Source: Thelocarpon superellum
Taxonomy: Eukaryota
Assembly (NCBI GenBank): GCA_026025795.1
Contig: JAPEUG010000113.1
Location: forward strand, 1-43,522
Reading direction: 5' to 3'
DNA length: 43,522 nucleotides
Shown here piece after piece: positions 36,366-43,522 of this stretch; within the stretch, counting starts at the first letter, position 1, and each line of letters starts with the position of its first letter. Position numbers and translations under genes: made by a program. The notes beneath the pieces are model-generated. The model was not told the DNA's origin. It searched no databases and worked only from the letters and a program-made list of their open reading frames with translations.

Positions 36366-37718
36366 TCAATCCTCGTCACCATCATCTCCGCCCTCGTCCT
36401 CATATTCGTCATCGTCCTGCTCATCGTCTTCCTCTTCGTCTCCCTCCCCGTCTTCCAGCTCCTCGTCGTCGCTCAGCTCCCAGGGATAGGGGACACGCTT
36501 ATGAAGAGAGCCGGCTTCAAGCGTCCCCGCCACGAGGGCACGCTCCTCCTGGGCTACGGGGAGAGGATCGCGCTGCGAGTGCGACTGCGTCATCAGCTCG
36601 CGCACCCGAGCCTCCTCGCGGGCACGCGCGCTGTCCCGCGCTCGCCAGCGTTGGGCATCGGCCCGCTCCTCCTCTCTACTTCGCCGAAAACGTCGTCGCC
36701 GCATCTCCAGCTGCAGGAGACGGCGCAAGGTGATGTTGATGGGCTTGTAGCCCTCGAAGGTGAGTTGTCGGAGGCCGCGGACGGCGCGGAGGCCCCAGAT
36801 GCCCGGGAATTCCAGGTCGAGTGAACGGGCTTCCACTTGTGCCATGGTGTCGCGGCGACCGCCGAAGAGGGAGACGTCACGCTTGATGACCAGCTGGCGG
36901 AGCGTGGTGCATTTGTACGCGAGCATCTCGAAGGCGTCGAAGGCGAGTGGGAGCGGCCCCTCTTCGTTCGTCTCCGGACCCGTCGACACGCGGCGTCCCT
37001 CGTAGGTGACGCGGACTTGCGTGATGGCTTCGCCTTCCTCGTTGGTGATGTTGGAGAGAAAGTCGTGGAGCTTTTCGGTGGAATCGAAAACGAGCGGGTG
37101 TTTACGGAGCGTTGCCATGTACCACGAATCAAGCTCCGCGGCGATCGTGGGATGCACGCGAAGAAGAGCGGCAGAGGGCGGGAGCATGGCCCAGGGGCCG
37201 GGAATATCCCGATAGCTGCTGAAGCGGCGAGGGAACTCGTACGAGGTATGCTCCACCACGTCGTCTTTCCACATCTCGTAGACCATGTTGCGCAGCTCGC
37301 CCGGGAGATCCACAAAGGACGCGTGCCGCACTGGGGCCAGGTTGGCTGGGGAGATGGCACGCAGGATGGAGACAGGCTGAGCATTCTTATCTACGCAAAC
37401 GGGGAAGTGGCCCCAGACGAAAGAGGATTGCTGCGCCCGAAGGATCCTAGCATTGCACTGGTCCGGGTTGGTATCGGTCTCCAGACGACGAGGGTCTGGG
37501 GCTACGATGCTCACCTTGTTCGTCAGCTCTTCGGCCGTTAGAGTCCGCCGTGAGGCAACCTGCTTTCCCGCCTGGCCCCTCGTCGGCGCCTTGTTCTTGA
37601 TTGGCGAAGGAGTTGGCTGGTCCCCATGCGAGATCTTCGCTTTGAGGCGCCGTGCCTCGTTCGGGTCGAGTGGGGAGATCACAACACCCTCTTCTGCTCG
37701 CTTTCGAGAGGCCATCAT
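36366..37718 (-). CDS. Hypothetical protein with F-box-like LPxELR motif, charged coiled-coil and acidic tail
   Basis: 450-aa uninterrupted ORF. SFVDLPGELRNMVYE motif, followed by ALLRVHPTIAAE and YKCTTLRQLVI, typical of fungal F-box-like hypothetical families. Arg/Glu-rich helix and Asp/Glu-rich C-terminus. Confidence 0.75.
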   Translation of the reverse strand: MMASRKRAEEGVVISPLDPNEARRLKAKISHGDQPTPSPIKNKAPTRGQAGKQVASRRTLTAEELTNKVSIVAPDPRRLETDTNPDQCNARILRAQQSSFVWGHFPVCVDKNAQPVSILRAISPANLAPVRHASFVDLPGELRNMVYEMWKDDVVEHTSYEFPRRFSSYRDIPGPWAMLPPSAALLRVHPTIAAELDSWYMATLRKHPLVFDSTEKLHDFLSNITNEEGEAITQVRVTYEGRRVSTGPETNEEGPLPLAFDAFEMLAYKCTTLRQLVIKRDVSLFGGRRDTMAQVEARSLDLEFPGIWGLRAVRGLRQLTFEGYKPINITLRRLLQLEMRRRRFRRSREEERADAQRWRARDSARAREEARVRELMTQSHSQRDPLPVAQEERALVAGTLEAGSLHKRVPYPWELSDDEELEDGEGDEEEDDEQDDDEYEDEGGDDGDED

Positions 37719-37959
37719 GCGCGTCGGGCAGATGGCTGAGGCTGCAACGGCCGGCCTCGGAGGGAGATGTCAGGGGAGGGTGGAAGCGGGGGTGACGAAG
37801 GAGGTCGTAGAGTGGCCCTGGCCCATGGCTCGATGTGTTGCTGTTGTTGTTGTAGTTCTTACGCACAACACGGGCAGCTAGTGAATAATGTCCAAGGCGC
37901 GTGTGACGGAGGAACGCAACGCGCGTTCTCGAGGCCGCTGTGAATCTTGTGCCGTGGCT

Positions 37960-39255
37960 TCACGTTGCCCTGGCGGCCTGGCCCACACTGCCAGTCTCGA
38001 AGAGCTCGATAGATCCGGCTCCGACGCATTCCTCCAGCACCCATTCAAAGCTGAGGCCGTGGAACTGTCTCCACTTCCGGGTCCGACCGGGCAAGACGGC
38101 GACCAGCTCGCCTCGGGCCTTCTTCGATCGTGATGCGGGGTCGTCGTGAGCGACGCCACCGGTCCATCGTTCGCGAAGGAGGCTCAGTGGCGCCTCACGA
38201 TACTTGGACTTGGAGAGTAAGGAGATCATGTGGGCACGAGCGGAAGCCAGAAGACGAAGATATGAGCCCATATTCGGCAAGGACGGCCGAAACTCGGCAT
38301 CAGCATACTGGACTTGAGCCATCGACTGCGCACGGCCTGTGGTCTGTATGCTGTTGCGATTGGATAGATAGCTTCCAACGCCGCCCCCTCCCTGGTCATG
38401 AATCGCGTTCTCTCCGCCCGTTGCGGCCAGGGAGCCGGATGCTGCGCGCGACGCGACGTTCGATAAGGAGATGACAGTGCCCGTACTCCCGGGACCGGAC
38501 GAGGCCAGCACGTCGGAGGACGACCACGAGTGATTCGATGCGGTCAAGAAACCTGCGCGCATCAAGATCTGGACGTCTTGAGCAGAACAGCAGGCGGACG
38601 ATAGCACTGCGGCCGTGGGATGTTCACGGAGCATTTGCAAGAATCGAGCTGGCTGGCGGTCAGATGCGAAAGGTCGAAGCCGAGCAGACGGAGATGATGT
38701 CTGACCTCGAACATGCTCGTCCACTTCAGCCGTCTCCTTCATCATCCGTTCCAGATCGTCCATCAGCAAGACGCCATCTCCGATGCTGACCGCACCGACC
38801 CCGCGACCGGGAATGGTGACTTTGCGGAGGACGCCGGCTTTGGTCAATGCTGCAATTTCTCGCTCTGTCGTCGTTGGTGCGTGGAGCACCGCATGCAGAT
38901 GCGGAACGGTCACCATGGGAGGCAATGATCGCCGAAAGTTCAGCACCTCGGCGATGCGGGTAGAGTTCATTCCGGACGCACGCTCTGGCAAGGGACTGAA
39001 CATCCGGCTCCGGATCCATCGTGATGCTTGGACAACATCTCGAAGGTTGGCATCGCTGGCGAGAGAAGCTGCGAGACCTTGGTCCGGTAACCGCTCCTCG
39101 AGCACGTCTTCCTCCGGGTGCGCGTCCGCCTTGGTCTTGGAGCGCTCAACGGGTTTACGGCGCGGATGACCATTGAAGGCTGACGCTGCCCGCCGAGGAT
39201 TCTTGGAAGACTTGGAAATTCGTGAGGATTGCGATGCTGAGTAGTAGAGAGGCAT
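37960..39255 (-). CDS. STK19-family protein
   Basis: Blocks SRMFSPLPER..MNSTRIAEVLNFRRSLPPMVTVPHLH, SLPNMGSYLRLL, LLRERWTGG, GRTRKWRQFHGLSFEWVLEECVGAGSIELFETGSVG resemble fungal Stk19-domain proteins. Probable in-frame 57-nt intron 38705-38649 (GTCAGA..CTGAC..CAG). No kinase motifs. Confidence 0.8.
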   Translation of the reverse strand: MPLYYSASQSSRISKSSKNPRRAASAFNGHPRRKPVERSKTKADAHPEEDVLEERLPDQGLAASLASDANLRDVVQASRWIRSRMFSPLPERASGMNSTRIAEVLNFRRSLPPMVTVPHLHAVLHAPTTTEREIAALTKAGVLRKVTIPGRGVGAVSIGDGVLLMDDLERMMKETAEVDEHVRGQTSSPSARLRPFASDRQPARFLQMLREHPTAAVLSSACCSAQDVQILMRAGFLTASNHSWSSSDVLASSGPGSTGTVISLSNVASRAASGSLAATGGENAIHDQGGGGVGSYLSNRNSIQTTGRAQSMAQVQYADAEFRPSLPNMGSYLRLLASARAHMISLLSKSKYREAPLSLLRERWTGGVAHDDPASRSKKARGELVAVLPGRTRKWRQFHGLSFEWVLEECVGAGSIELFETGSVGQAARAT

Positions 39256-39853
39256 GAATCTACGACTTCCCGGGCCCTCTCAACACACTTTCCAGTCGCG
39301 TTCTATTCTTCAGTCTGTCTGACGGAGCATGACTGACTTGGCAAGTGGCGAACTCCGGGAGAAAGGAGTCCTGCGTGATGCGGAGCGCAAATGCTTACAT
39401 AATTGGCTTGTTGCTGCGGATTGACCCTCCCGACAAATCGCCCGTTGATTCTGCTTTCTCCCATGTTGAGAAAGGAACGTTCGATTGCAAGATTTCTTGA
39501 AATCTTTGCCCCAACCAAAGGGGAGGAATCTTGAAGCTTTTCCAGCCCCTGAGCTGTTCTGAAGTGGACCCTCTGAAGTGGACCCGTACATGACACCAGG
39601 TGCAAGGTGACGTCGAGGGAGCTGATGTCGCGCACGACTTCGGTGGCTACTGTGGCCCACCGTAGCAGCAGTTGAGACGTGTGCCGCGATAACCCGAGCT
39701 TCCACCAACACCTGTCCCGAGCGTTTCATCACGCCAGCCATCCTTTTCACCCCGCTCACCATTCAACGAACCGCCGGTGATTGACAAAGAAGAAAAGACT
39801 CGCATTGATTGCGTATCTCCGCGGTTGATCATCCTAGCTTGGAGCAGACGGCG

Positions 39854-41343
39854 ATGGCTGCCGTGGCCAGCGCACGCCTGAATCCCGAATCGTCACAGCC
39901 CGAGGTCCGGCAACGGCAGCATCTGGCGCCCAAATCCTACGCCGCTGCGGCACACGAGAACCTCAATGGGCAGTCGACGGAACACGATGAGGTCAAGCGG
40001 CCAACGGATGCAGATGACGCGGCACGACGAGAGAGCAAAGACGCCGACGTGGCGAGGCTCACTGGAGGGAGCAGCGACGGGAGCTCGGACGTGATGGACG
40101 AGGATTATGAGCTAGATAACGGCGACCACCTGACGAGCGTCGCCCCTACCGAGGGCTACGAGGGCTCGTTGAAGCTAGGACGTGAAGAGACACTGCTCAG
40201 CAAGTCCGAAGGAGACGTCTTGGTTAGCGGTCGACGGGCGGGAGCGGGATGGGAGCATAGTGGGTACGTATTTCCGCGGGAAGTTGCTCATCCTCTCATC
40301 GTTCCCTCATCATCCTGACGATGCACAGAATTCGCTTTGCGCCATTGAACGTCCCGCTCAAACGGCGGCTTCAAACGTTCATTGTGCTACTGCACACCCT
40401 GAGCATTGCCCTCTTCGTCTCCATTTTCTTCTTCCTCTGCGCCATCCCCATCTTCTGGCCGGTTCTCGTCCCTTATCTGCTCTATGTGCTGCTCTCCAAA
40501 GCGGGCACGTCGGGCCAGCTGTCGCATCGATCTCGGCTCTTCCGTTCTGCGCCGTACTGGTCGCTATTCGCCTCGTACTTCCCCGCGCGGCTTCACCGAT
40601 CGCGGGTGCTCCCGGCGACGCGCAAGTACGTGTTCGGATACCACCCGCACGGCATCATCTCGCACGGGGCGTTTGCCGCGTTTGCGACCGAGGCGCTTGG
40701 CTTCTCGCAGCTCTTCCCGGGCATCACCAACACGCTGCTCACGCTGGACTCGAACTTTCGCATCCCGCTGTACCGCGACTGGGCGCTGGCCATGGGGCTG
40801 GGGTCTGTGTCGCGCGAGTCATGCGAGAACCTACTGTCCAGAGGCGGGCACAACCACGAAGGCATGGGCCGAGCCATCACGATCGTGGTGGGAGGCGCGC
40901 GCGAGTCGCTGGACGCGCAACCGCGCACGCTGCGCCTGGTGCTGAAGCGGCGCAAGGGGTTTGTGAAGCTCGCCATCCGCACGGGCGCCGACCTGGTGCC
41001 GGTGCTCGCGTTTGGCGAGAACGAACTCTACGACCAAGTGCAGCCGGACACGCATCCGGGCATCCACAAGGTGCAGCTGCTGCTGAAGCGCGTGCTGGGG
41101 TTCACGGTGCCGCTGTTCCACGCGCGCGGCGTCTTCAACTACGACGTGGGCCTGATGCCGTATCGGCGACCGCTGAACATCGTCGTCGGCCGCCCCATCA
41201 TGGTGACGAAGCAGGAGCGGCCCAAGGATCCCTACGTCGATGAGATCCACGCCGCCTATGTCGACGAACTTCACCGTCTCTGGAGCGAGTGGAAGGATGT
41301 CTTTGCCAAGGATCGCATCGCCGACTTGGAGATTGTGGAGTAG
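39854..41343 (+). CDS. DGA1: Diacylglycerol O-acyltransferase, DGAT2 family
   Basis: Exons 39854-40263 and 40329-41343; intron GTACGT..CTGAC..CAG. Motifs GIRFAPLNVPLKRRLQT, YFP, FGYHPHGII, IVVGGARESL, RKGFVKLA, LVPVLAFGENELY. Confidence 0.96.
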
Positions 41344-41659
41344 GGAGACCGAGCTCGGCTCCCGTGTGGGGAGCAGCGAGCAGGGAGGTGGGAGGAGAAG
41401 GCGGAGATGTTGGGGGGCGCACACGATGAATATCTAGCCATCACGACGAGACAATAGGACACCGCAGTAACTACCGAAATGTAACGGTTTTGGTTTGCTA
41501 TGACTGACAGCGAAGATGGAAGTAGAAGACGAGGTGTAGTCATCAACCATGTACGCTGAATCGCCGATTCGCCCTCCATCGTCCATCCATCCTTTGCCTG
41601 CGATATGCCGCGAAAATGCGCGAGGTCGCTGGGGGGAAAGCAAGCGGCATGAGAAAAGA

Positions 41660-43522
41660 TCACCACACGAGACCGTTCCAGTCAAAGTCTCCATCAATGT
41701 TCTTCCATCGATGCGCCACCATCGCCTTGTCCCAACCCATCATGACGGCCAAGAGCTTGCACCCGGTGGCGCTGACACCACACACCACCCCGTCTGTGTC
41801 TTCGCCCAACACCTTGAGATCGAGGAGGTACGTGCGCCCGACCAGCTCACGGAGGCGGAGGGCGAGTGGTGATGGCGCCTCGACGTTCCCTTGTTGCGCC
41901 GCGTTGGCCGAGGACGAGGGGGCGGAGCCGAGGGACCAGAATAAAGCCTGGAAGAATCCTCCCTCCCACCCAATGTTCTCGTCCAGTCCCGGCCGGAAGG
42001 GTCCGGATGGGGCGACTTGTGGGTGCGCGGCATGGATGGCGGCCTTGGAGGCAAGCACGATCCGGTCTTGGGCCCGCGACGTGCGGCTGAATTCCTCCGA
42101 CGTGTACACGTCCGAGTCATCCGAGGCCACCAGTATCTCCATGTGCGTGGCCGCGGTCGAGTTGGGCTTTGACTGCAACAGGTCCTTGGCCGCAGCGGCG
42201 TAGCGGTCCAAGGGAATGTAGGATCTTTGGTATTGAAACTCCAGTGGGTGACGGTCGCCATGTCGCACGTGGATCCCCACCACCGATCCCTTGGCGCGCA
42301 GCGCGTGCAACTCCTCCTTTCGCTTCAACGCCCACGCCTCATCGTCGTGGCGCAGGTGGAACAGGGCCTCGTATCCCTGACGCATCAGCCCAAAGATGGG
42401 ACGCTGTCGCTGGACCTCCATCCCACGAGCATCTTCAAAGGCGTCGTGAAAGGCGTGACCGAATGTCAGCGACGTGGTCGCCATCGATACGAGCAGGTGC
42501 CGTGCGTGGTGCGGGCACGGCACGATCTGGGTCCGTGGCGGAGGACGACAGGAAGGGACGGGAATCGAGGTAAAGTACGTCGACCATTTGCCATAGGCCC
42601 TAGCACAGGTCAGCATCGTGCTTCCATCATGAAGACGCGCACCTCACCAGTTGGTGTCGTCGATGAAGAAGGCCCGACCCTCTTTCTGGGCCAGGCCATA
42701 CGACAGCCACACGCTCATCAAGCTAAGGCCCAGGCCCGCGTCGGTCGACTCGAGCACGTAGGTCAGACTCTTGGAGCACACGCTCCCTTCTCTGATCACT
42801 GGCTGCCCCGCCAGCGTGTCCTGGTCTTCGCCCATCAGGTCCGCCTCGTTCTCGTGCTCCTTGCCCATGACGGCATCCCAGATCTGTTGGACCGCGGGCG
42901 CCTTGTCGCCCGTCCCGGGTAAGAGCCCATGCCGCTCGGCCTCGGCCACGTCCATGTAGTTCTGATCCGCATGGTAGTAGTTCGCATGGCCGGCGTGATA
43001 GTCCGACCCGCCTGCGTGGCTCTTCATGTGTGCCACCGTGGCCGCCACACTGCCCGACCGGTCGCACATGTCCAGATATTGCTCGGGTGGAAGCGGAAAG
43101 GGGGCGGTGGGCGGGATCGACATGGTCCATTTGGCCCGTCCGCGTTTATCCGTGACGATGACGGGCGCGGGCTGGGCGGGCAGAGGTCCCTCGCCTTTCA
43201 GTTCGTATGCTTTGCCCTCCTGCGCATGGCTCACCCCGGCCAACGTGCCATCCCACTCGACCTTGCACATGGCGTACCATGTGATGACGGTGACGCCCAA
43301 CAGCCACGACAGCACCCGCACAAACAGCTTGTATCGTCGGGGAGGCATCTTCTTCCCGTGTCGGGGCCGCAGCGAGGGCAGCCCGGGCGAAGGCGGCGGG
43401 GTCTCGGTGAGGAGGTGTCGCATGGATTGGCTGAGGCCTGGCGAAGGCATGTGGGAATGGGAGGTCGCCTTGGGCACATGGTGGAGGGTGATGCGCGGGA
43501 TATGGCGCGGCGAGAGAATCAT
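41660..43522 (-). CDS. Type II membrane glycosyltransferase-like protein with GT23/fucosyltransferase-like motifs (5' end at the window edge)
   Basis: Exons 43522-42648 and 42599-41660; 48-nt intron GTGAGG..CTGAC..TAG joins DTNW-AYGKW. One TM segment LFVRVLSWLLGVTVITWYAM. Motifs GLGLSLM, VVGIHVRHGDR, ILVASDD, LLDLKVL..DGVVCGVSATGC. The true start may lie beyond the window. Confidence 0.7.

Overview
GC-rich, intron-containing eukaryotic DNA from a filamentous ascomycete (Pezizomycotina-type genes; mostly 45-70 nt GT-AG introns with CTRAY-like branch points). I can build 13 protein-coding genes. In order: ADE8 (5'-truncated); a 99-aa three-exon secreted Cys-containing protein absent from the ORF track; a Ste20/GCK-III-type kinase; a UBA-UAS-UBX Cdc48 cofactor; a Zn2Cys6 transcription factor whose zinc cluster is split over four exons including a 10-nt microexon; ECM29; an F-BAR/DEP RhoGAP; CYP51; an RRM+YTH RNA-binding protein; an F-box-like hypothetical protein; an STK19-family protein; DGA1; and a GT23/fucosyltransferase-like type II membrane protein. 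I see no mobile element, rRNA, tRNA or CRISPR. Most notable are a 595-nt ECM29 intron containing a back-to-back AAG|GTAGGC site that may be a recursive-splicing ratchet point or a non-productive alternative donor, the hidden secreted protein, the microexon-split zinc cluster, the fucosyltransferase-like enzyme and an unexplained ~5 kb gene-free stretch. All family assignments come from motif recognition by eye, not database searches.
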